A program made the translations under genes and the position numbers. The notes beneath the pieces were generated by a model. It ran no database searches and was not told where the DNA came from. It saw only the letters and a list, made by a program, of their open reading frames with translations. From Rhodospirillales bacterium (GTDB taxonomy: Bacteria; Pseudomonadota; Alphaproteobacteria; Bin95), in assembly GCA_038143065.1 (NCBI GenBank), contig JAYQLI010000035.1, positions 2,112,894 through 2,176,893 on the forward strand: a stretch of DNA of 64,000 nt. Direction: 5' to 3'. Of this stretch, positions 34,339 through 45,318 are shown one piece after another; the first letter of the stretch is position 1, and each line of letters opens with the position of its first letter.

Positions 34339-35248
34339 GTGGCAAGCCTTGAAGGTGGACATGTAACGCCTGACTATGGGATCTGGGCTTCGGCAACACT
34401 CGTGTCAAAAGAGTGCTCACGGCAATCAATGAACAGCGCAACTTTGAGGCTTTGCTGGTGACTTGGCGTCCCTGATGCCAGGCATATCCATGATTAGCTA
34501 GCTGCACTCCAATTTGACGGTAAACGCGTCCTGCTACCGCGATAGCCAGATGCGCACGCCAGGGTAAGAATCGATATCCCCGCGCTCCACTGATATAGAA
34601 TTGGTCTGCTAAAACCAGCAACCGCTTTACTGCTGCGCGGACATGCTGTGCGGCCGGTTCATCTGGTGCATCTGCAGCAGCGCGGATTGCCTCTGGTGGC
34701 AAACCACCAACCCATTCTCCAGGAATGTATCTTCTACCCATATTGGCGTCTTCTAAAACGTCACGGGCAATATTTGTCAATTGCATCCCAATCCCTAGGT
34801 CAATGGCATATGCTTTGGCATTTTCATTAGCGCAGTTCAAAACCTCACACATAAGCAAACCAACGGTCCCGGCAACCCGATAGGCATAGATCACCAGCTC
34901 TTTTTCGCTAACAAGACAAACGTTATTTGCGGAGTCTTGAAGCAACCCATCTATTAAGGCTGTGAGGACATTTTTTGAAAAGTTCATGTCACGCATAAAG
35001 GATTGGAAGCTGGCAAAGGCTAGATCAGTGCTGGATTTATTTTGGATAAGATCGGCGTGAATACGAGCTAGACGTGCAGGCCCATCAGGAATATCACCGT
35101 CTGCCATGTCATCCAAAAGGCGACAAAAAGCATAGAGCCGTGCTGCATTGTCTCCCATCTGGGCACCGAGAAATTTGCTCGCCCAGTAAAAGCTCTTGCC
35201 ATTCGCCATCAGCGAATCTTGAGGTTTTAACATTTCATTACAGGTCAT
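34328..35248 (-). CDS. crtB: Phytoene synthase
   Basis: GKSFYWAS, LYAFCRLLDD, YAYRVAGTVG, MQLTNIARDVLED. Confidence 0.96.
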   Translation of the reverse strand: MTCNEMLKPQDSLMANGKSFYWASKFLGAQMGDNAARLYAFCRLLDDMADGDIPDGPARLARIHADLIQNKSSTDLAFASFQSFMRDMNFSKNVLTALIDGLLQDSANNVCLVSEKELVIYAYRVAGTVGLLMCEVLNCANENAKAYAIDLGIGMQLTNIARDVLEDANMGRRYIPGEWVGGLPPEAIRAAADAPDEPAAQHVRAAVKRLLVLADQFYISGARGYRFLPWRAHLAIAVAGRVYRQIGVQLANHGYAWHQGRQVTSKASKLRCSLIAVSTLLTRVLPKPRSHSQALHVHLQGLPHAG

Positions 35249-35295
35249 CCCTTCATCCCCTAACTAAGATGGATGCTAAAACAATTATCTCTTAG

Positions 35296-36853
35296 TCACT
35301 TGTCCTCACGCGCCCGCTCTTCTTCATTAATGAGTGCTGCGACCACCTTAGCAGAACACAGGACGCCTGGTATTCCCGCTCCTGGATGAGCGCCAGCAGC
35401 GGAAAAATAAAGATTTGGGATATGAGGGTCGCGATTGTGATACCGAAACCAAGCCGATTGTGAAAAAATTGGCGCAATTGAAAAGCCAGCGCCGTGCATG
35501 GATCGGTAATCAGACTCAAAATCTTTGGGTGTCATCCAGAAAACATCGCTAATTACGTCTTCTAGTCTGGGCATTATGGTCTCACTTAACGCCTCTACAA
35601 TTCGGGTGCGCAATTCTGGACCTTTAACTTTCCAGTCTACATTTCCAAGCAGATTGGGCACGGGACACAAAACGTAAAAACTATCACAACCTTCTGGTGC
35701 AAAGCTGGTATCGGTCGCAGTCGGTCTATGCAGATAAAGAGAAAAATCATCCGCCAGCACCTTTCGGTCAAAAATATCGGAGAGCAATTCCTTGTAGCGC
35801 GGCCCCATCCAAATGGTGTGATGCGCCACATTCGAATAACGCTGACGAGTCCCGAAAAACAACACATACAAGCCCATCGAATACTGGGTCATCGCTTCGG
35901 GGAGTAAACGCTTTCTTTTATTTACACCGGGTAACATCTGTGCATAGACCGTTGGCGGATCGCTATTGCAAATAATCCGTTTGGCGCTGAAAACCTCGCC
36001 ATTGGCGGCGCGAGCGCCCGTTGCGTAGCCCCGATTAAGGGTAATTTCCGTAACATCTATGCCTAATCTTACATCTACCCCTACCCGTTCCAGCAGGTTA
36101 TGCAATTCAGCCACCAGTTTGCCAGTACCCCCCATACAAAAGAACACGCCCCAGCGGCGTTCCAGATAATGGATAAGACTGTAGATAGAGGTCGTAGTGA
36201 ATGGATTTCCTCCGACCAGCAATGGGTGAATGGAAAACACCTGACGTAACAATGGATGCTGGATATGCTTATTAACAATACCTGCAACTGTCCTGAAGCT
36301 ATGTAACCGCAATAGCGATGGTATCTGCGCTGCCATCGTCCAGAACTTCACAAATGGCCTCGCGGCAAGCTTCTCAAAACCAACCTCAAAAATGTCCTTT
36401 GAGATTTTCAATAACCTAGCGTAGCCCGCAACGTCTGGGGCATGAAAACGCCTAATTTCAGCGTTCGTATCCTCAATTGATGGACGATAGTCAAACTGTT
36501 GGCCATCATGAAAATAAAATCGATACCATGGATCAAGAGGTCTGAATTCAAGATGATCTTCTCGACGTTCTCCAAACAGCGCAAATAACTCATCAAACAA
36601 AAATGGTGCGGTAATAACTGTGGGCCCGGCATCATGGCGAAAACCGCCTTTTTTCAAAAACCTGAGCGCGCCCACCTATAGCTTGAAGTCTGTCAACCAA
36701 TGTAACTGAATAGCCTTTGGCTCGCATTTGTAGGGCGGCTGCAATTCCTCCAAAACCGGCACCAATTACCAAAACATCGCTCTTTGGCCTAGGCGAGCAG
36801 TCAGTGGGGTCGTTTAGAAAATATGTGGTTTCTTCTTGCCACTTCTGGGACAT
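35296..36853 (-). CDS. crtI: Phytoene desaturase (frameshift near 36650)
   Basis: IGAGFGGIAAA, DAGPTVIT, LLVGGNP, YLHRPTATD, HPGAGIPGV. Confidence 0.96.
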
Positions 36854-36867
36854 GGTTGTCGCACTTT

Positions 36868-37908
36868 TTAAGAAGATGTGACTAGATGAGGTGCTAATGC
36901 AGCGACTGATTTTTGGCAAATTTGCTGCAGCAGTAGTTGAACCGGCATAATAACCTCGGTTATTTCGGCAGGCAGAGTTGCAACCAGCTGTTCGCTCTCC
37001 CTTAGCATTGCGTGCATTTTTTTAGCTGCATCATGCATAGCAAATGATTTTATGATTTCACGTTGCCTTATTTCCAGGTCAACATTGCAACCAGAAACGT
37101 ACCAGCTGTCAAAATCGACTTTTTCTTGCTCATCCAGCGCCTCACGATATAGCACAATAACCGCGTTCGGTGCGCGCCGTTTAAGGTCAGAACCAGTGGC
37201 CTCGGCGCCATCTTTACCCATGAAATTGAGAATATCATTAGCGACCTGGTAAGCGCTGCCAAGACATCGGAAATAAGCGTCTATGCTGGCTGTCGCAATG
37301 CCATGTAGCCCCATGGTTAAGACCCCCTCGAGCGGTGCGGTTAACAAAGGAGCAGTTTTATCGGCAGAAATTTGTAAATAGACTGGCCAGCTGCAAATGT
37401 GGGGGGTGCCGAATTCACATGCTTCTCCAAAAGCTGTTGTTTTCATGTGACTAGCTAGTATTTTGACCAGCATTGGAGACTGCGAACGTTGGGCCGCCTC
37501 GGCTGCTAGTTCAAATGACAAGGCAATCATCCAGTCACCCAGCGCTAATGCAACATTATGCCCGTATTTTGCGCATACAGTAGGGTGCCCCCGACGGAAC
37601 TCGTCACCGTCGCAAATATCATCATGGACCAATGAAGCATTATGCAATATTTCAACTGCGACTGCCCAATGTAATGCGGCCGCTTGGTCAACATTTAGCA
37701 AATGCGCGGCCCTTAGCGCCATTCTCGCTCGCAGCATTTTGCCAGTCTTTGCAAAGTGATGCGCAGCTGCTTCGGCCAGAGGTCGTCCAGGCTTTGGCAG
37801 ACGCGCTGCGATAAATTTCACTAATTGATCATTGGTAGACGTTCGAATGAAAGAGGCTTGTGCGTTGCTGGCGATATTGTCACTCGCTATTGGCGACAAA
37901 TCCTTCAT
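36868..37908 (-). CDS. crtE: Geranylgeranyl diphosphate synthase
   Basis: GKMLRA, HNASLVHDDICDGDEFRRG, KTAPL, YQVAND. Confidence 0.9.
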   Translation of the reverse strand: MKDLSPIASDNIASNAQASFIRTSTNDQLVKFIAARLPKPGRPLAEAAAHHFAKTGKMLRARMALRAAHLLNVDQAAALHWAVAVEILHNASLVHDDICDGDEFRRGHPTVCAKYGHNVALALGDWMIALSFELAAEAAQRSQSPMLVKILASHMKTTAFGEACEFGTPHICSWPVYLQISADKTAPLLTAPLEGVLTMGLHGIATASIDAYFRCLGSAYQVANDILNFMGKDGAEATGSDLKRRAPNAVIVLYREALDEQEKVDFDSWYVSGCNVDLEIRQREIIKSFAMHDAAKKMHAMLRESEQLVATLPAEITEVIMPVQLLLQQICQKSVAALAPHLVTSS

Positions 37909-38041
37909 GGTGACTTGCCCTCGCTATCTAACTGAACCTTTTTGGTTTGACGTCGTTTGGTCCTCTGCGGAGAGTTTGAGACTTAATCGAAGTTACCAAA
38001 ACAGCTTTAGAGGGAATGTTCGCAACAAACTCAAGGTGATA

Positions 38042-38065
38042 GGGGCGGCACAGATAGGCCGCCCC
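38042..38065 (-). terminator. GC-rich hairpin immediately after proteorhodopsin (stabiliser or partial terminator)
   Basis: GGGGCGGC-N8-GCCGCCCC; no U tract on the coding strand. Confidence 0.6.
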
Positions 38066-38072
38066 AATCGTA

Positions 38073-38858
38073 TTATTTGGACGCTTCACTTTCGGTGACA
38101 GCAACGTTCCAAATGATTACACCAAACGCAATCTTATTCAGCACATCAGCTAGATTGTAGATCACGTTAAGTGAGTTAGCGGCAACTGACGGATCACCGG
38201 ATGCAAGATATCCGTAGAAGTAGCCAAGTGGGTAAATCGCCCAACCAATGGTCACAATCCAGCGCATTGTAGAGAATGCGGACTTAACCGAAGCGGGGGC
38301 CTGCTCTGCTGACATCTTGCCAGCTTCGCCCATGAAGATTTCATAAAGGATATATGCCCAACCAGCCATACCGATAACAAAGCCAAGCCATACATTTATA
38401 TAGCCAACTTCACCTGCATAACCGCCTATGAGCATGACTAAAGTGCCAATCATCAAACGCCAGAATATTCCACCTGACGCGCTTCCGACAGCACGAAGGA
38501 TCAAATAGAATTCGACCATAAGCAACGGCACGGTGATCAACCAGTCAATGTAGCGATAGACTGTTGGTGTATCGCCTGTGCTTACCCAAACGTCACGCAT
38601 GTAGAAATAGTGTACAGCCGCAACCAAGGTTACTAGACCTGACACGGTTAGTGACGTTTTCCACTTTGCAGAAACACGCTGTGTTTCAAGAAAGAAAAAC
38701 GCTGTCGCTGCGACAAGCGCCATAGATATCAGCCAGAATGAAATTCCGACATAGTCGTCGGCTTTAAGATTTCCACTTGCTGCAAACGCCGTGGCTGGTG
38801 AGGCGACTATTGTTGCTGCTGTCAGAGCAGCAAATTTTCTGCCGAAGATAAATTTCAT
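38073..38858 (-). CDS. Proteorhodopsin, DTE proton pump, green-absorbing (Leu at position 105)
   Basis: RYIDWLITVPLLMVEF (D97, T101, L105, E108 in GPR numbering), AVHY (H75), DVLNK retinal-binding Lys; signal peptide. Confidence 0.97.
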   Translation of the reverse strand: MKFIFGRKFAALTAATIVASPATAFAASGNLKADDYVGISFWLISMALVAATAFFFLETQRVSAKWKTSLTVSGLVTLVAAVHYFYMRDVWVSTGDTPTVYRYIDWLITVPLLMVEFYLILRAVGSASGGIFWRLMIGTLVMLIGGYAGEVGYINVWLGFVIGMAGWAYILYEIFMGEAGKMSAEQAPASVKSAFSTMRWIVTIGWAIYPLGYFYGYLASGDPSVAANSLNVIYNLADVLNKIAFGVIIWNVAVTESEASK

Positions 38859-39219
38859 AAGGTTCCTCCCCTTATTATTCCTAAATCGGTTGTTTTTGAA
38901 CGTCCATTGGTACTTAGAATTCCACTACCATAATCAAAAATTCAAAAATACCAATAACAAAGTAATTTTAAATTTCTAGGTTTAAATTGTGCGACTGATA
39001 AAGAGCTAAGTATTTAAGTAAAAAAAGAGAAAGTTTGCGGCCCATTTTGAGACAACGAAGGTTATACTAAGAGCGGAATAATCATTTATATTTTGCAAAA
39101 CGATCTATTGCGACAGCTGTCTGTAAACTTTTGTTATGGAGGCAAAAATTTGCTGATTTGATGTGGTGGCGAAGTCCAAGGAAGTGAGGATATAGTTTTT
39201 GGACTTCGATGATTTTTTT

Positions 39220-39312
39220 CCATAGACCCTCTTAAAATCATGAAGTTCGCTGCTTACGCAGCATCTGCTATGGAATTGATAGTTACTATCGAACTTTGAT
39301 TTTAGAGGCTAT
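39220..39312. repeat. Multi-stem palindromic element overlapping glmS stop (MITE/REP-like or structured RNA)
   Basis: Outer arms CCTCT(T)AAAATCA(TG)AAGTTCG and CGAACTTTGATTTTAGAGG enclose GCTGC-TTAC-GCAGC and GATAG-TTA-CTATC. Confidence 0.55.
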
Positions 39313-41134
39313 TCGACAGTTACCGATTTTGCGAGATTTCGGGGCTGATCAACATCTGTTCCTTTAGCAACGGCTGCAAAATAAGCCAGAAGTTGCATGG
39401 GAATGGAATAAAGTATTGGCGCTACAAATGGGTCACATGCCGGCATTTCTATGGTGTGGGCGGCATACTCTCCCGCTTCATTTATTCCTTGAGCATCAGA
39501 CACGAGAATTGCTTTACCGCCACGAGCAACCAGCTGGTGAAGGTTCGACGCTGTTTTTTCAAATAAGTTATCATATGGTGCTACGACGACTACAGGTACG
39601 TTTTCGTTAATTAGAGCAATGGGCCCATGTTTCATTTCTCCCGCCGCGTAACCTTCGGCATGGATATAAGAGATTTCTTTTAGTTTTAGGGCTCCTTCCA
39701 TGGCAATTGGGTGTGATGATCCTCGACCAAGGTAAAGCACATCCCTAGCTTCAGCTAAAACAGCTGCTACTGACCGAATTTGATCTTCGTTTGCTAAGGC
39801 TTGAGCTAATAGTGCCGGGGCAGATATCAGTGCGTTGGTAAGGCTTGCAGCTTTTGCTGCAGTGATTGCTTGTCGCCGGATAGCTGTTTCGATTGCAAAA
39901 GCAGCAAGCACCACTAATTGCGTAGTGAATGCCTTTGTAGAAGCCACGCCGATTTCTGGGCCGGCTAAGGTTTGAAGGGAGGCATGACTTTCCCGAGCAA
40001 TAGCACTTTCACATACGTTAACAACGGAAAGGATCGTTTGATCCTGAGATTTTGCGTAGCGGAGCGCTTCTAATGTATCGATAGTTTCTCCAGACTGAGA
40101 AACACAGATAAAGGCTCCGTCTTTTGGCATTGGAGCTTCGCGGTAGCGAAATTCACTTGCGATATCTATATCCATCGGTAATCGAGCGATTTGCTCCATC
40201 CAATATTTGCCCACCGCGCAGGCATAGAATGCGGTTCCGCACGCGCTAGCTGTAAATCTTGATGTTTTTCAAGCTCTATGGGTAGCTTGGGCAACTCAAC
40301 TGACTGAGTTTTATATGAATACAGCGCCCTCAACGTGTCACCAATAACTGTGGGCTGCTCGTGTATCTCCTTTTCCATGAAGTGACGATATTCACCCTTA
40401 CCAATCATTGCTCCCGAAATGGCCGATTGTTTAAGCTCACGCTTAACAGTTTGACCCGTTCGGTTCATGATTTTTACGTCTTGGCCCTCGATGATGACCC
40501 AATCTCCTTCCTCTAGGTATGTGAGGGTAGAAGTTAACGGGGCTAAAGCTAATGCATCGGAACCTAAATAAACCTCTTGGTTGCCGTATCCTAGAACCAA
40601 TGGGCTGCCTTGACGCGCTCCTATCATAAGACTTTCGTGGCCGCTGAACATGATCGCGAGCGCAAAAGCCCCGTCCAACATTTCTAAAGCACGATGTGTA
40701 GCGGCTTCTGGCGAAAGGCCGAGAGTTTCAAGATTGTAAGAAATGAGGCGTGCAACTACTTCTGTGTCAGTCTCTGTTTCAAAAGTAACGCCTTCAGCTT
40801 CCAACTCTCGGCGCAACGATCTGAAGTTTTCAATGATACCATTGTGAACAACAGCTACGTGATCCGTCGCGTGGGGGTGTGCGTTTAGTTCTGAAGGGGC
40901 ACCGTGCGTTGCCCAGCGGGTGTGACCAATACCAATTTTGCCATCAATTGGAGCGTCCTTTAAATGCGTAACTAAATTTGAGAGCTTTCCTTCTGCTCGG
41001 CGGCGTTCAATCGAGCCGTTAAATAAAGTGGCAACCCCTGCTGAGTCATACCCCCTGTACTCAAGTCGCTTGAGGCTCTCGATAAGGTTTGGAACCACAT
41101 CCTCTTGACTAACTATTCCAATAATACCGCACAT
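39309..41134 (-). CDS. glmS: Glutamine-fructose-6-phosphate transaminase (frameshift near 40220-40270)
   Basis: MCGIIG, LEYRGYDSAG, HTRWATHG, SQSGET, GEMKHGP, DQPRNLAKSVTVE. Confidence 0.98.
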
Positions 41135-41167
41135 TCAGATTATGATCTCCACATTAACCTAGGGCCG

Positions 41168-42557
41168 TTATTTATCTTTTTCGTGAGTTTTCCGAGAACG
41201 AAAACGTAGTGCCCATTTGGGGTGGTTTGATTGAGATGCTCTTTCAAGGCTCAAGGCATTATCTTGAACATCTTTGGTTATAGTGCTTCCTGCCCCAACA
41301 ATAGCACCATCTCAATCTTTACCGGGGCCACCAAAGCACTATTTGAGCCAATAAAGGCTTCCCTTACCTATATCAGTAAAATATTTATCAAAGCCGTCAT
41401 AATTACAGGTTATGGTGCCCGCCCCGATATTTGCTTTGGTGCCAACTCGCGCATCTCCTATGTAAGCTAAGTGATTTGCTTTAGCGCCGGCTTCAATAAT
41501 GGATCCTTTAACTTCAACAAAATTCCCAATTCGAGCGGATGCTCCAATTTCGGTTCCAGGGCGAAGCCGAGGCATACGGTCCTACTATTGCTCCGGACGC
41601 GATATTGGCGCCCTCAATATGGCTAAATGCGCGAATGGTTGCGCCTTTTTCTATGATGGTACCAGGACCCAAAATGACATTTGGTTCGATAACGACATCT
41701 TGTCCAACTTTAACATTATGGCTGAAAAACACAGTTTCAGGCGAAATCATCGTCACTCCAGCTGTCATGGCAGCCAATCGAGCCTGATTCTGAAAAACTG
41801 CTTCTGCAGCAGCTAAATCAATCCTATCGTTAACTCCCTGTAATTCGCTTTCTTCGCCTTCAACCACCGCAGCTAGACCTTTGTCAGCACGTAAAAGTGC
41901 TACGATGTCAGTCAGATAGTACTCACCCTTAGAGTTTTTATTTTCAACCTGTTCCAACAGTTTACAAAGTTTTGGGCCATCAACTAGCATGACACCAGAA
42001 TTACAGAGATTGTTTTTTCTTTCTTCTACATTGGCGTCACGAACTTCGACGATCCGATCTAGATAGCCATTTTGATTCAACATCAAGCGGCCGTATGCGC
42101 TTTCTTCCCTAGTTCTCATTCCCAGGACTACGATGTCAGGCGAGTCTTCTGCCATGCGTCGGTCAAGCATTGCTTGCAACGTTGATTGACGTATCAATGG
42201 TGTGTCGCCGAAGAGGATAAAGATATCACCATCAAAGCCTTCATAGAGGGATTTAGCTGCTTTAGCTGCGTGAGCTGTACCAAGGGCTTCTTGTTGAATG
42301 GCCGTAGCGAAAGGGTGGACGGCCTCGATTACTTCGCTGTCACCGGGAGCTACGACAACACAGATTCGTTCAGCATTGAGGCCATTTATCAAATCCAGAA
42401 CATGATTAATCATAGGCTTACCGCCTATTTGGTGTAAGACTTTGGGGAGGCTGGACTTCATTCTTGTGCCCTGACCAGCGGCAAGCAGAATAGCGCCAAG
42501 TGATTTTTTTGATGAATTTATTTGTTGGTTCAAGATGCGATCCAGACTTTCAAACAA
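41168..42557 (-). CDS. glmU: Bifunctional UDP-GlcNAc pyrophosphorylase/acetyltransferase (three apparent frameshifts)
   Basis: [39 protein letters not shown]. Confidence 0.96.
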
Positions 42558-42709
42558 AGTGTTGCTAGAGGCCTTACTTAAGAAATCATGTGATAATTAT
42601 CATTCGCATGTAATTTCCCCAAATTATTTGAAAATCAATGCAACCAAAGGTGTGAAATTTCAAAGACAAGACGAACTTTGTGTTCTTAATATCATTGGAA
42701 AAACGAGCG

Positions 42710-43382
42710 ATGAATAGCCCGCGTGCACTTATATTTGATCTTGATGGGACGCTAACTGATAGCGCTCCTGCTATTGGCCGTGCGCTCAATCGTCTTTGGG
42801 CCGACATGCAGCGGGCGCCGATACCTCAGGTGGCTATCAGGGGATATATTGGCGATGGTCCAGCAGCACTGATCAAATGTGCCCGCAGAGACAGTGGCCT
42901 AGAGCCTGACCCATTAGCCGAACAGGCTGAGGCTAATGAGTTTTTGAGAATTTATGCTGAAGATGGGCCAGGCGGAGAGGTCTTCCCAGGTGCAATTGAG
43001 GTTTGTGAAGAATTAGTTTCAGCTGGTTTAGAGTTGGCAGTTTGTACAAACAAACCTCAAGATGCCGCGTGGCGTTTGCTATCAATGCTAGGGCTTGCTC
43101 CTTTTTTAGTTGGGTGCGTGGGTGGAGATGCAGCGCCATTGCGCAAACCTGACCCTGCCCACGTTTTTGAGACTCTGAAACTTTTCAATAATATTGCGCC
43201 GTCGCAGGCTCTGATGGTTGGAGATGGTTTGCAGGATGTGGCCGCAGCAGAGGCGGCCGGAGTGAACGTGATAGTGGCTTCGTATGGTTACGGGGGTTTC
43301 AACTGCACGCCCTGACTTGCCAAGCATCAAAACGATTAGGGATCTCCCAGAGCTTCTAGAGCTAAAAAGAGATAAACCCTAG
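42710..43382 (+). CDS. Phosphoglycolate phosphatase-like HAD hydrolase (frameshift near 3' end)
   Basis: FDLDGTLTDS, CTNKP, KPDP, MVGDG; divergent from glmU. Confidence 0.88.
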
Positions 43383-43441
43383 ATAATTGTTCAATGTCAA
43401 AAAGCGTAAGGTTTAATTAGCCTTTTGTGTAGATGCTTACG

Positions 43442-43654
43442 TTATTGTTTTTGCTCAGCAGTGATGCTGCTTCGGGCTTTGTCAATGGTGGTTAAAACTT
43501 GATCTAAGTCGCCAACAAGGTTCGCGAGAAGTAATATCAACCTACTGTTCAATTGGCGGCTTTCTGAATCGGTGAGATTTTCATGAGCGTCTACCAAAGC
43601 TTCAAAGAGATCATCAGGCTGCGAAACACGGATCTCTTTAGGATACTGTGTCAT
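43442..43654 (-). CDS. DUF2783-like small protein
   Basis: PDDLFEALVDAHENL...LNSRLILLLANLVGD pattern. Confidence 0.8.
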   Translation of the reverse strand: MTQYPKEIRVSQPDDLFEALVDAHENLTDSESRQLNSRLILLLANLVGDLDQVLTTIDKARSSITAEQKQ

Positions 43655-43903
43655 TAGTGTCTCCCGGTAGATCGTGCTAGTGCAGCGTTAAGCCATTCGA
43701 GCGACTTGACTAACCTGATGTGTTCGTGCCGCGATATGTTGGTCGGGGTGGAAAAGATAAGTTGTTCCTTTCCGCATATTATAACGTTCTTTGATTAGAC
43801 CGTTTGGGTCATTTTCCGGTCCAATCTGGATCACAAATATGTCAGTAGGAATATTAGGAGGGGGAGGGGCTATAAATTTTGGATGGGTATAACCTTTAGG
43901 CAT
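43654..43903 (-). pseudogene. C-terminal remnant of an FAD-dependent monooxygenase
   Basis: DPNGLIKERY...TYLFHPDQHIAAR then, in another frame, AALARSTG; only about 80 codons of space; precedes DUF2783 as intact homologs do. Confidence 0.65.
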
Positions 43904-43977
43904 GGATATAAAAATTTGTGAATGCGACGGCGTTTAAATGGTTTCGACGATAACACCTATCATCTGAAGGTACCCCC

Positions 43978-44516
43978 TCACCCTTTGGCCGCACTTGGTG
44001 TCATTAATAACCGAAACGGTCCAAGCATGGCTAAGGCTATAGCAACCTTAACAAGAAAATCTCCAACCAGAAGAGTAGTCCATGGAACCGAGGTGCCATA
44101 GAACGCCAAGCTGAAAAATAGAGCCGTATCAAGGGCAGAAGCTGCGGTGGTTGACACCAAAGGAGCTCGCCACCACGAACCAACCCTGAGTTGGTCAAAG
44201 ATTTTAACATCCAAAAGCTGAGCAGCCATAAAAGCTGTTACCGAAGCCAAGGCTATTCGTGGACCTGCAAGAATAATGGAAACAACTGCCGCAACACCGA
44301 AGCCAACATACACAACTCGGCGAGCTACTTTTGGTCCGTCTGCACGGTTTATTAAATCAGTTACTAAAAATGTAATTGGGTAAGTCAGTGCGCCCCAGGT
44401 GAGCCATTCATTGATTGGATGTTGAACCAAAATATTGGAGGCAACAATAAGTGATACCATGGCGGCAATCGCAGCAATAAAGCGTTTGTTGCCCCAAGTT
44501 TTTGAGAAAGAGGCAT
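43978..44516 (-). CDS. Queuosine precursor transporter (VUT/YhhQ family)
   Basis: ASNILVQ, TWGALTYPITFLVTDL, RIALAS, AQLLDV, DTALFF. Confidence 0.88.
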
Positions 44517-45215
44517 CAGTGAATGTCCTTAGGGCCCAGCATGGCATTTTTTTAATTTTTCAAAGCTGAATTCTTGGGACTTACACAAATCAAGGATTAT
44601 TTTTTCCTTATCTGCCACTCGTCCAGCTGCAGCTACAACTTCTCCCGCCACTTCTTTTGGCACTACGACAGCACCGTGCTGGTCAGCATGGATAAGATCA
44701 TCATGCTCGACGACCATACCTGAAACTGTTACTTGGCAACCAAAGTCGAGCATATGAACGTGAGCGTGGCTCGGTTTAATTGAACCGGCGAGAGCCTGGA
44801 AACCTTCTGCCCAGTCTGGGATGTCTCGAATACATCCGTCGGTGACAACGCCAATAGCACCTAGTGCTTTGTGCACATTTGAATTCACCTCGCCCCAAAA
44901 AGCTCCGTGGCCTGCATTTGGGCCGTCTAAATCTTGCAAGATAGCAATTCTTGGCAACTCGCCTTTGGATACATACTCGTAGTAGGAGACCCGCTTATCG
45001 GCTCCAATAGATTTATTTGGACGAACCGACCTGATCATGCCTGTTCGGGCGACGCCTACTATAGGTTTAAGATTAGGAAACGGACAGACTAAAGGTTCCG
45101 TTGTAAAGCCCTGATCTCGAAATTTGTTATCAATTTCTTCCAGAGCATTACACACAGTAGGTGTATCGAGCGCCGCAAGATCAGAAAGTAATTCTGCAGT
45201 AATAACCGTCATCAT
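44516..45215 (-). CDS. RraA/HMG-aldolase family protein (frameshift at 3' A run)
   Basis: DTPTVCNALE, AFWGEVN, VTDGCIRD, DLIHADQHG. Confidence 0.88.
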
Positions 45216-45318
45216 GAGGTTCCTATAAAACTAGCTTTAACAATTCTGTTAGCTTGGCTGATTTAGATAGCCTAAAGGGCTATTTTTAACGAAAATCGGT
45301 ACGTATCCCTTAGGCTGA

